64,000 nucleotides of DNA from Erysipelotrichaceae bacterium (GTDB taxonomy: Bacteria; Bacillota_I; Bacilli_A; RFN20; CAG-826), in assembly GCA_963588055.1 (NCBI GenBank), contig CAVAGB010000009.1:1803-65802 (forward strand), given 5' to 3'. The notes below the pieces were generated by a model. That model was given only the letters and a program-made list of their open reading frames with translations. It ran no database searches and was not told the DNA's origin. Below are positions 54,615 to 62,450 of this stretch, in pieces. The position numbers and the translations under genes are program-made. Within the stretch, counting starts at the first letter, position 1; each line of letters starts with the position of its first letter.

Positions 54615-54692
54615 TGGGCCTTTAGCTCAGCTGGTTAGAGCGTGCGCTTGATAAGCGCAAGGTCGATGGTTCAAACCCATTAAGGCCCACCA
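54615..54692 (+). tRNA. tRNA-Ile (anticodon GAT)
   Basis: Acceptor GGGCCTT/AAGGCCC, anticodon arm TGCGC-TTGATAA-GCGCA, encoded CCA. It is 78 nt long, one nt more than usual in the variable region. Confidence 0.85.
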
Positions 54693-54703
54693 AGCGAAAC
54701 TTG

Positions 54704-54726
54704 CCTCCTGAAAAGGAGGTTTTTTC
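54704..54726 (+). terminator. Rho-independent terminator after tRNA-Ile
   Basis: Stem CCTCC / GGAGG with loop TGAAAA, then TTTTTT. Confidence 0.6.
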
Positions 54727-54762
54727 TTTCCTAAAAGCCACTCGGATTTCATAATAGGCGCG

Positions 54763-55194
54763 ATGGAAAAGGACATTCTGGCGTTGGATTTAGGTAAAGG
54801 ATCCTTGGGTATGGCCATCTCGCACAGCGGGATGTTCATCACCCCTTTGAAGAACCTCCGCTTCAGGGCAGGAGAGTATCAAGAGGCGATCAAGCTTATG
54901 AAACAGGAGCTTGAAGGAGAAAAGGTTGAACATATAGCGATCGGCTGGCCCACCTTCCCATCCGGAGACCCTTGCGAGATGACCCCCATCGTCGAGGACT
55001 TCATCCACCTGATCGAACCAATGTTCCCCGGTGTGAGCATCGTTCGGGTCGATGAGCGGAATTCGACGGTGGAAGCCGCTGCCATCCTCCATCAAAACGG
55101 CGAGAAGTCGAAGAAGCAGAAAAGCCATATCGACTCGACCGCCGCAGTCGTCATCTTGAATCGTTATCTAAGGAGCATCGGCCAAGCCGATTGA
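54763..55194 (+). CDS. ruvX: Holliday junction resolvase-like protein RuvX/YqgF
   Basis: N-terminal block ILALDLGKGSLGMA. 143 aa. Confidence 0.85.
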   Translation: MEKDILALDLGKGSLGMAISHSGMFITPLKNLRFRAGEYQEAIKLMKQELEGEKVEHIAIGWPTFPSGDPCEMTPIVEDFIHLIEPMFPGVSIVRVDERNSTVEAAAILHQNGEKSKKQKSHIDSTAAVVILNRYLRSIGQAD

Positions 55195-56495
55195 TGCATA
55201 TGGAATATTTACCGAAAGTAGTCGCCTCCCTCGCCAATTCGCACTCGCAGTTCCACGTTGTCGCGAATCTGGAAAAGGAGCTGAAAGAGAAAGGCTTCAC
55301 TGAACTTAAAGAGTGCGAGAGCTGGAAGCTGAAGGGCGGATCATCCTACTATGTGAAAAGGAACGATTCCTCGATCATCGCCTTTCGCTTGAGCGAGAAG
55401 ACGGATTGCCTTTCTTTCCACATCAGCGCCTGCCATAGCGATTCGCCCACTTTCAAAGTGAAGCCTAACCCCATCACCCTCTCGGGCGATTTGATGATGC
55501 TTCAGACTGAGCCCTATGGAGGGGCGATATACCGCTCCTGGATGGACCGTCCTCTATCCATCGCGGGCAGGATTTTGTTCGCGGACGAGACGGGCATCCA
55601 TAGCAAGCTTCTGGATATTGACGAGAATCTCCTCGACATACCTTCTCTTTGCATCCATCTTGGGCACGAGGTCAACAGCGATGGCGCGCTCAATCCGGCG
55701 AAAGATCTCATCCCTATTTTCGGAACCGCGGAAGAGGGCTTCGACTTTGAACGTTACCTTTCCGAGAAAGCCGGGCTTAAGGAGAACGAGAGCCTCGTCT
55801 CTTATGACTTGTTCCTCTATGTGAGGGAAGAGCCGAAGTTCGTCGGCTGCCATCATGAGTTCCTCCTCGCCCCCAGGGAAGACGATCTCTCCAGTGTCTA
55901 CGCTTCCTTCTATGGTTTCCTAGACAGCAAAGGTAGCCCCTCCTCTCCTATGTTCTGCTGCTTCGACAACGAGGAAGTCGGCTCCTTGACAAGGCAAGGG
56001 GCGCGTTCTACTTTCCTGAAAGACGTCCTTTCGCGCCTCGCCTCCGCTTTTGACCAAAGCAAAGAGGAGATCGCCTCGCGTTCCTTCATGCTTTCCATCG
56101 ATAACGGCCATGCGATCCATCCTAATTACAAAGACAAGATGGGCGAGGGGGTCAAGGTCAACCTGAACGATGGGATCGTCGTCAAATACAATGCGAACCA
56201 ATCCTACACGACCGATGGGCTTTCTTCCTCCCTGATTCACGCCTTGGCAGTGGGCGCAAAGGTCAAGGTACAGGAATACACGAACCGCGCCGATCTTAGG
56301 GGAGGGAGCACTTTAGGCAATCTCTCCAACGGCGAGATTTCTTTCCTTTCCGCCGACATCGGCTTGCCCCAGCTCGCCATGCATTCTAGCAATGAGCTAT
56401 TGGGGGCACTCGACGTCGAGGATATGGGCCTATTCTGCAAAGCTTACTTTTTTTCAGGATTTGTTGTGATGGGCTCTGATATCTGCTTTAAGTAA
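55194..56495 (+). CDS. M18 family aminopeptidase
   Basis: Block ACHSDSPTFKVKP and overall length. The start is 55194 or 55200. Confidence 0.8.
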   Translation: MHMEYLPKVVASLANSHSQFHVVANLEKELKEKGFTELKECESWKLKGGSSYYVKRNDSSIIAFRLSEKTDCLSFHISACHSDSPTFKVKPNPITLSGDLMMLQTEPYGGAIYRSWMDRPLSIAGRILFADETGIHSKLLDIDENLLDIPSLCIHLGHEVNSDGALNPAKDLIPIFGTAEEGFDFERYLSEKAGLKENESLVSYDLFLYVREEPKFVGCHHEFLLAPREDDLSSVYASFYGFLDSKGSPSSPMFCCFDNEEVGSLTRQGARSTFLKDVLSRLASAFDQSKEEIASRSFMLSIDNGHAIHPNYKDKMGEGVKVNLNDGIVVKYNANQSYTTDGLSSSLIHALAVGAKVKVQEYTNRADLRGGSTLGNLSNGEISFLSADIGLPQLAMHSSNELLGALDVEDMGLFCKAYFFSGFVVMGSDICFK

Positions 56496-56601
56496 AAAAA
56501 GGCTGTTTTGCGGGGATTTTCCTGCAAAAGCCCGCTATTTTCTTGGCTTGCACCTTTTTCAATGTATAAGGGAAACCATAGAAAAACTCGTTTCTCCGTT
56601 C

Positions 56602-56630
56602 TTGAAGTAGGAGGGAGAAACGATGATAAT
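56602..56630 (+). promoter_or_regulatory. Candidate promoter of tRNA-Val
   Basis: TTGAAG-17 nt-GATAAT, 21 nt upstream of the tRNA. Confidence 0.5.
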
Positions 56631-56651
56631 AGCAAAGCCTTCAAGGCAAGC

Positions 56652-56726
56652 GGGTGTTTGGCTCAGCGGGAGAGCGCTTCCTTCACACGGAAGAGGTCAC
56701 TGGTTCGATCCCAGTAACACCCACCA
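56652..56726 (+). tRNA. tRNA-Val (anticodon CAC)
   Basis: Acceptor GGGTGTT/AACACCC, anticodon arm CTTCC-TTCACAC-GGAAG, T loop TTCGATC, encoded CCA. Confidence 0.85.
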
Positions 56727-56737
56727 AAAGAATCCAT

Positions 56738-56760
56738 GGCGCCTTCGGGCGCCTTTCTTG
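56738..56760 (+). terminator. Hairpin/terminator after tRNA-Val
   Basis: Stem GGCGCC / GGCGCC with a TTCG loop, then TTTCTT. Confidence 0.5.
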
Positions 56761-56810
56761 TTGCCGCCCTTCTTTCTCTCGTCAGTTTAACGTAGTAAAA
56801 TCACCGCGTT

Positions 56811-56885
56811 GCCGCCTTGGCTCAATGGTAGAGCAACTGATTTGTAATCAGTAGGTTGCTGGTTCGATCCCGGCAGGCGGCACCA
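56811..56885 (+). tRNA. tRNA-Thr (anticodon TGT)
   Basis: Acceptor GCCGCCT/AGGCGGC, anticodon arm ACTGA-TTTGTAA-TCAGT, T loop TTCGATC, encoded CCA. Confidence 0.85.
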
Positions 56886-56913
56886 AACTAGTTCTATATC
56901 CTTTATATATAAG

Positions 56914-56934
56914 ACGTCCTCAATGGGCGTTTTT
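56914..56934 (+). terminator. Rho-independent terminator after tRNA-Thr
   Basis: Stem ACGTCC / GGGCGT (one G-U pair) followed by TTTT. Confidence 0.45.
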
Positions 56935-57054
56935 CAATGAGCGGTTTGGAACCGCTTTCATCTGCCCAATCATTTGACGGTCCCCAAAAACGGCATATAT
57001 TACGCCTCCCCCTGAGATAGGGGGCAAAAAGCACGAAAGGAGGCAGGCAGTAGT

Positions 57055-57204
57055 ATGAAAGAGTTTTTGAGAAAAGCCTTCCCGAACAGCAGACGCACGC
57101 ACGCCAAGAAGAAAGCTTCTTGGCAAAGAGGTTTCTTCGATTCGCTGGCAGAGGGCTATGAGCTCAATCTGCTTGATCTGGTCACTTCAGGCGATCAGTT
57201 CTAA
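57055..57204 (+). CDS. Candidate 49-aa basic protein (MKEFLRKAFPNSRRTHAKKKASWQRGFFDSLAEGYELNLLDLVTSGDQF)
   Basis: SD AAAGGAGG lies 11 nt upstream, and a terminator follows directly. Not in the ORF track because it is shorter than 60 aa. Confidence 0.4.
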   Translation: MKEFLRKAFPNSRRTHAKKKASWQRGFFDSLAEGYELNLLDLVTSGDQF

Positions 57205-57210
57205 GGGAAT

Positions 57211-57238
57211 GAGGGGTGTTTCGCCCCTCTTTTTCTTT
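57211..57238 (+). terminator. Rho-independent terminator after the 49-aa ORF
   Basis: Stem GAGGGG / CCCCTC followed by TTTTTCTTT. It lies inside the listed ORF 57216..59213, so the potA start must be further downstream. Confidence 0.6.
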
Positions 57239-57347
57239 AGGGGAAGCCCTCTGCTTAAACTCATGTATTTCCCCTCTACCAACCTTGGAAAATAGTCCTA
57301 TAGTTAGCCGTGCCAAATACGAGTCTTTGGAGAATGGAGAAGCACCC

Positions 57348-59213
57348 GTGGCAAGAAAAATCCTCGAACTCAAAAACGTCTCTAAGTCCTATGGAGACAA
57401 AGTGATCCTCGATCACTTCAACCTCTCGATCAACGAAGACGAATTCGTCACCTTCTTAGGCCCAAGCGGCTGCGGGAAGACGACGACCTTGCGCATCATT
57501 GGAGGCTTTGAGACGATGCAGGAGGGGACTTTGCTTCTCGATGGGCAAGCCATTGAGAATCTGCCCTCTCACAAGCGCCCCATTAACACGGTTTTCCAGA
57601 AGTACGCGCTTTTCCCCCATTTGAACGTCTACGACAACATCGCTTTCGGCCTCAGGAACAACATCTATTCCAACGTCTATGACATCGGCATGATGAACAT
57701 GATGGAGGAAAACGGCTTCGACGAAGAGGAGATCGACCTTCTTGCTAAGAAGACCTCCATGATCGAAAAGCCAAAGGACGTGAAGGCGTTTTTGATCGAT
57801 TACTGCGACAAGCGTTCCCCTTCTTTCTTGCTGGAGAAAGCCCTCAAAGCGAAGGGGAAGCGTTTCTCCAGCCCTCAGGATTTTTCGCGCGAGATTGAAG
57901 ATTTGTTGGCTTCCTTCAAATTGGATATCCCGTTTTCTTTTGACCCGTCTCTTTCCTATAGGAAGAACATCGACGAATTGCTGAAGCTAGCCAAAGAGAA
58001 AGACGTCTATGCGAAGATGAAGGAAAGGCTATCCTCCCATAAATTCAAGGAAGAGGTCATTCGCGGCGAAGTCCTCAAAGCCTTGAAGCTCGTGAATCTG
58101 GAAGGGTATGAGGAAAGGGATGTCTCTTCCCTCTCTGGCGGGCAGATGCAGCGCATCGCCATCGCGCGCGCCATCGTTAACAAGCCCCGCATCCTTTTGC
58201 TTGATGAGCCTTTGTCCGCTTTGGACCAAAAACTCCGCAAATCCATGAGATTAGAGCTCAAAGAACTACAGCAGAAGCTTGGTATTACCTTCATTTTCGT
58301 CACCCATGACCAAGAGGAGGCGATGGTCATGAGCGACACGATCGTCGTCATGAACGATGGGGAAATACAGCAGATGGGCCGTCCAGAAGACATCTACAAC
58401 GCCCCCGTGAATCGCTTCGTCGCTTCCTTTATAGGCGAGGCCAACATCCTGCGCGGGGTCTATAGCGCCCCCGGACGCTTCTCGGCCTTTGGGAAGACGT
58501 TCAAAGTCACTTCTAAGGACTTCAAACCCCAAGAGAAGATCTACGTCATCGTCGAGAAGGACGCCTTCGATATCGGCTCCCCGGATTTGTCCCGCATCAA
58601 AGGCAAGGTAACGAATGTGAAATTTGCCTCCAACAAATACTTCCTCACCGTTGACGTGAATGGGACGAAGATCTCCGTTGAAAGCGAGGATCGCTTCGCC
58701 GTTGGGGATGAAATCGGCTTAAGCATCGCTCCCGCCAACATTTATTGCGAGCCCCATTCCTCCAATAAAAGCGAACTGCTCGCTAACTATGAGGGCGCCA
58801 ATATCGTCGAAGGGGAATACCTTGGCAATCAGAAGGTGCTTTTCCTCGGCGCCACCTTCAAAACCTATCTTACGACCTTCGTCCCTGGCGAAGTCGTCGA
58901 CGCGGTCATCCGCCCCGAGGACTTCGATCTTGAATTCGACCATCCCGAGAGCGCTTTGCTCCAAGGCGAAGTCATCAAGACCGCCTTCTCCGGCGTCCAT
59001 TTCTCCTTATGGATCAACGTAAACGGCACCACCCTCCTCGTGCAGGATTACCAAAACTGCGAGATCGGCGACACGGTTGGATTAAAAGTCGACTTCTATG
59101 AGATTCATCTGATGAAAGTGGAGGATGAGGCTCAGCCTTTGGAAATCCGCCAGATCAGGGACAATGCCAGGCGCCTCGCGGAAGAGGCGAAGAAAGAGCA
59201 TGCGGCGCTTTAG
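57348..59213 (+). CDS. potA: Spermidine/putrescine ABC transporter ATPase PotA, enlarged form
   Basis: Motifs FLGPSGCGKTTTLR, LSGGQMQRIAIARA and LLLDEPLSALD. I propose a GTG start at 57348 (VARKILELKNV), downstream of the terminator. The start is uncertain, and TTG at 57327 is also possible. Confidence 0.85.
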   Translation: MARKILELKNVSKSYGDKVILDHFNLSINEDEFVTFLGPSGCGKTTTLRIIGGFETMQEGTLLLDGQAIENLPSHKRPINTVFQKYALFPHLNVYDNIAFGLRNNIYSNVYDIGMMNMMEENGFDEEEIDLLAKKTSMIEKPKDVKAFLIDYCDKRSPSFLLEKALKAKGKRFSSPQDFSREIEDLLASFKLDIPFSFDPSLSYRKNIDELLKLAKEKDVYAKMKERLSSHKFKEEVIRGEVLKALKLVNLEGYEERDVSSLSGGQMQRIAIARAIVNKPRILLLDEPLSALDQKLRKSMRLELKELQQKLGITFIFVTHDQEEAMVMSDTIVVMNDGEIQQMGRPEDIYNAPVNRFVASFIGEANILRGVYSAPGRFSAFGKTFKVTSKDFKPQEKIYVIVEKDAFDIGSPDLSRIKGKVTNVKFASNKYFLTVDVNGTKISVESEDRFAVGDEIGLSIAPANIYCEPHSSNKSELLANYEGANIVEGEYLGNQKVLFLGATFKTYLTTFVPGEVVDAVIRPEDFDLEFDHPESALLQGEVIKTAFSGVHFSLWINVNGTTLLVQDYQNCEIGDTVGLKVDFYEIHLMKVEDEAQPLEIRQIRDNARRLAEEAKKEHAAL

Positions 59214-60009
59214 TTCCTTTTCCATCCCTTATTTCCTTTGGCTTGGGCTATTTGCCGTTTTGCCTCTTTTCCTGATGGTGGTTCTTTCATTCCTGAACAC
59301 GAACGGGATGAACCTTGCCGGGGCCACGTTTTCCCTTGATTCCTTTGCCCGTTTGGCAGATCCAGCCATCTTGAAGGCGCTGGTGAATTCTCTTTACGTC
59401 GCCATGATGACCGTGCTTCTATGCATCCTCATCGGCTATCCAACGGCCTATTTCCTTTCTTTCGGCCCGTTTAAGCAGAAGAAGCTCCTTTTGCTGCTGC
59501 TCATCTTGCCTATGTGGTCGAATTCGATGCTGCGCATCGTCTCCTGGCTGCGCCTTTTCTCCGTGCCTTGGCTCGTTCCTTTGCACGCTTTGGGAAGCTA
59601 TTGGGCGGTCATCCTCGTTTCGGTGGCCACTTACCTTCCCTTCATGGTCTTTCCGATCTACACGGTTCTGGAGAAGATGGATCGCTCGCTCATCGAAGCG
59701 AGCAGGGACCTTGGCCTGCCGGCGCCTAAAACCTTCTTCAAAATCACTTTGCCTTTGTCTATGAAAGGGGTCTATTCAGGGATCATCATGGTCTTCTTGC
59801 CGGCGGCGACGGGGTTCGCGATCAGCGAGGCCATTGGCGAAGGCAAGATACGCATGTTCGGCAACCTGCTCGAAGGGGTATTCAAGCAGAACAACTACAA
59901 CTTCGGCTCGTTGCTCTCTTTGCTCGTTTCAATCCTCCTGATTGCCCTCATGGCTTTTTTCGACAGGCTGCAGGATGGGAAGAAAAAAGGGGAGAAGAAG
60001 CATGCTTGA
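59200..60009 (+). CDS. potB: Spermidine/putrescine ABC transporter permease PotB
   Basis: The ATG at 59200 overlaps the potA end. EAA-loop block IEASRDLGLPAPKTFFKITLPL. Confidence 0.85.
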   Translation: MRRFSSFSIPYFLWLGLFAVLPLFLMVVLSFLNTNGMNLAGATFSLDSFARLADPAILKALVNSLYVAMMTVLLCILIGYPTAYFLSFGPFKQKKLLLLLLILPMWSNSMLRIVSWLRLFSVPWLVPLHALGSYWAVILVSVATYLPFMVFPIYTVLEKMDRSLIEASRDLGLPAPKTFFKITLPLSMKGVYSGIIMVFLPAATGFAISEAIGEGKIRMFGNLLEGVFKQNNYNFGSLLSLLVSILLIALMAFFDRLQDGKKKGEKKHA

Positions 60010-60835
60010 GAAAGCGACTTGGAAACAGAAACTCTTCAATGCCTTCCAATGGGTTTTCGTCTTGCTCGTCTATTCTTTCACCTACATCCCTTTGGCCATC
60101 ATCGTCTACCAATCCTTCAACTCCGCGGCCAATTCGATCGTGCCGTTGCAGTGGGGCGGTTTCACATTGGACAATTTCGCCGCTTTGTTCACAAACAAGT
60201 CCTTGTACACCTCGATCCTCGATTCCTTACTCGTCTCCTTCTGGGCCACGGCCATCTCGACCGTCTTTGGGGTGTTCACTTGCTTTGGGATCATCTCACT
60301 GAAGAAAAAACTCCGCAAAACCATGGATTTTCTCAACGAGATCCCGATGCTTTCCTCCGAGATCGTCACTGGCATCTCCTTGATGGTCGTCTTCTCTTTG
60401 GTGAAGCCCCTCTTCCCACGGATCTTCGGCTTCCCCACGATGCTCATCGCCCACGTCTTCTTCACCTTGCCTTACGTCATCATGATGGTCTTGCCTAAGC
60501 TTGAGCAGACCGATGATTCTTTGTATGAAGCCGCCCGCGACCTTGGCTGCCCTCCCATGAAGGCCCTACTCAAAGTCGTCGTTCCATCCTTGTCCACCGC
60601 CATATTGATGGGGGCTCTCGTTGCCTTCACCCTTTCGGTGGACGATTTCGTCATCTCCTTCTACACCCAAGGCAACGGCTTCTCCAATTTCTCCAACTAC
60701 GTCTATTCCTCCTATACGAAGAAGAACTTCTCCGCGGGGGCTTACGCTTTTGACGCCTTGCTCACCTTCCTCACCTTGGCGCTTGTCTTGCTGGCCTCGA
60801 GGAAATGGGGCAAGAAAAAGGAGGCCAAGCAATGA
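60002..60835 (+). CDS. potC: Spermidine/putrescine ABC transporter permease PotC
   Basis: The ATG at 60002 overlaps the potB end. EAA-loop block YEAARDLGCPPMKALLKVVVPS. Confidence 0.85.
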   Translation: MLEKATWKQKLFNAFQWVFVLLVYSFTYIPLAIIVYQSFNSAANSIVPLQWGGFTLDNFAALFTNKSLYTSILDSLLVSFWATAISTVFGVFTCFGIISLKKKLRKTMDFLNEIPMLSSEIVTGISLMVVFSLVKPLFPRIFGFPTMLIAHVFFTLPYVIMMVLPKLEQTDDSLYEAARDLGCPPMKALLKVVVPSLSTAILMGALVAFTLSVDDFVISFYTQGNGFSNFSNYVYSSYTKKNFSAGAYAFDALLTFLTLALVLLASRKWGKKKEAKQ

Positions 60836-62025
60836 GGAAAGCATTGATTGGCTCATCGGTCTTCCTTTTGGCCTTCACCGTCTTCGCCTGCATGGTGCTC
60901 AACACCCCTTCCAGCGTCCTTTATCTGCTCAACTGGGGCGAATACATCGATTCCTCTTTGGTGAAGGGGTTCGAGAAGAAGTTCAATTGCCAGGTGATTG
61001 AGGAGACGGTCACTTCCAGCGAGACCATGTATCAGAAGATCGCTAGCGGCACGACAAGTTATGACGTCGCTATCCCCGGTGACTACGCGGTTACTAGGCT
61101 CTACCAGGAAGGGCTGCTTTTGGAACTCGACGTGAATAACGCCTCCTACCCTAACCTCGCCTCTTATCGCACCGCCTTTCACCCCGCGCTGAAGGCGTTG
61201 ATGGACCAGTATATGGTGGATGAGAAAACCAACGAGTCCTTCGCCTCCTATTTCATGCCTTACTTCTGGGGCACTTACTCTTTGATCTATTCCACCCAAA
61301 CTCCAGGCGTAGAAGAGTCGGTCTTAAGCAATGGCTTTGCTTCTCTTTATGACAATTCGCTCACCCCCGAGGGAACGAAGAAGGGGATGTACGATACGGC
61401 GAGATGGATCGTCGCGAGTTACCTTCTCTCCCAGGGCAAGGACCCCAACATCGTCGACGAGTCCGGATCGAAGGATGGCGACATCTCCGAATCCCTGCAG
61501 AAAGAGATCATCCAAGCGGTGAAAGAGGCGGGTTTTGCGGAGTTAGGCAACGATTCGTTGAAAAGGAACGTCGCCAATGGGAAGCTCGACATGTGCTTCA
61601 CTCAGCTGGGCGATTATTTCGACGGGCTTTATCTTCTCTACGAAAGTGGTGGAAGCGCAGACGGCTACAAAGTCTCCGTCCCGAAGGTGACCGCGGCCTT
61701 CTTCGATTCGATGGTCATCCCCTCGACGAGCCAGAACATTACCCTCGCCAACGCCTTCGTGGATTACATGCTCGACCCTGAGGTTGCTTATCAGAACGCG
61801 AAGTCGATCGGCTATAGCCCGACCCTTCAAAAGGTAGACGCCTTATTCGAGGAGAGGGCGGACCAAGAGGAGTTCTATCCCTCCCTGTCCCAAAGGGATT
61901 TCTTGAACTCCTATCCTAACTTCCTCAACCCCCTTTACGGCGTCAGCAAATCCTATCTGCTCGAAGCCAAATCCAACGAGTACCTGACCACCTGCGAGAC
62001 GATCCTCAACAACCTTTCCTTATAA
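60832..62025 (+). CDS. potD: Spermidine/putrescine-binding protein PotD (membrane-anchored, possibly a lipoprotein)
   Basis: The ATG at 60832 overlaps the potC stop. N-terminal signal LLAFTVFAC and block YLLNWGEYID. Confidence 0.85.
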   Translation: MRKALIGSSVFLLAFTVFACMVLNTPSSVLYLLNWGEYIDSSLVKGFEKKFNCQVIEETVTSSETMYQKIASGTTSYDVAIPGDYAVTRLYQEGLLLELDVNNASYPNLASYRTAFHPALKALMDQYMVDEKTNESFASYFMPYFWGTYSLIYSTQTPGVEESVLSNGFASLYDNSLTPEGTKKGMYDTARWIVASYLLSQGKDPNIVDESGSKDGDISESLQKEIIQAVKEAGFAELGNDSLKRNVANGKLDMCFTQLGDYFDGLYLLYESGGSADGYKVSVPKVTAAFFDSMVIPSTSQNITLANAFVDYMLDPEVAYQNAKSIGYSPTLQKVDALFEERADQEEFYPSLSQRDFLNSYPNFLNPLYGVSKSYLLEAKSNEYLTTCETILNNLSL

Positions 62026-62136
62026 TGGCCAAAAAAGAAGTGGGCAAGGAGGACTTTCGGAGTAGAATAAGCGAGCCTTCCGAAAGGAAAGCGCTTGGCT
62101 TGAAACCCGGTGTCCGGGGTCAAGGCCAATCCACAG

Positions 62137-62213
62137 GCGGGCATGGCGTAATGGTAGCCGCGATAGACTTAGGAAATAAAGTTTTAGCGGAATTCGGGTC
62201 CCGAAAATGCTAG
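62137..62213 (+). pseudogene. tRNA-Leu-like relic (canonical 5' half, decayed 3' half)
   Basis: GCGGGCA-TG-GCG-TAATGGTAGC-CGC-G-ATAGA-CTTAGGA aligns with the 5' half of the intact tRNA-Leu, including a 16-nt identity CGCGATAGACTTAGGA (62159-62174 versus 62474-62489). The anticodon 3' stem and acceptor 3' strand are missing. A T-arm-like remnant GCGGAATTCGGGTCCCG remains. Confidence 0.35.
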
Positions 62214-62238
62214 ATGGCATCGAAGGAATTCGGAAATG

Positions 62239-62438
62239 TGCGGACGAAAGTACGTGCGGACAAACCCCAAAAACGCGAAAAAAGCCCCGAAATCCGTCCG
62301 CATGGGGTGAAAACGGTGCGGACGAAGCCCTGTAATTTGTCCCGTTTCAGTGGGAAAATACCAGGGCGAAGCAAGCTGTCGGCGAATGCGGACGAACGCG
62401 CGGACAGCATTATCCCCAAACTCTTCTATCCGTCCGCA
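62239..62438. repeat. Array of seven TGCGGAC heptamers (five direct, two inverted)
   Basis: Direct copies lie at 62239, 62255, 62317, 62387 and 62399 (the last reads CGCGGAC). Inverted copies GTCCGCA lie at 62296 and 62432. Three direct copies share TGCGGACGAA, and both inverted copies share ATCCGTCCGCA. Confidence 0.7.
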
Positions 62439-62450
62439 AACCCTACATAA

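Noticed and set aside
56622-56800. An ORF with an apparently perfect SD (AGGAGG, 8 nt before the ATG) that reads straight through tRNA-Val.
   Set aside because: The AGGAGG lies in the 17-nt spacer of the TTGAAG/GATAAT tRNA promoter, and the ATG overlaps the -10 box. The ORF consists of tRNA and terminator sequence. The SD is fortuitous.
62214-62450. A 78-aa plus-strand ORF and the overlapping 69-aa minus-strand ORF (62210..62419) in the potD to tRNA-Leu spacer.
   Set aside because: There is no SD. The start lies right after a tRNA-like relic. The amino-acid repeats (VRT, VRAD, ADERAD) simply reflect the TGCGGAC heptamer array. I treat the region as non-coding.
62026-62450. A possible tmRNA, RNase P RNA, SRP RNA or 6S RNA in the long gap after potD (smpB is in the window, so ssrA was worth looking for).
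   Set aside because: There is no tRNA-Ala-like 3' end and no GGGG...TTCGAC 5' end (tmRNA). There are no GAGGAAAGTCC/ACAGAA blocks (RNase P) and no GGTCCGGAAGGAAGCAGCC-like helix 8 (SRP). This was only an eye search, so a covariance-model scan could overturn it.
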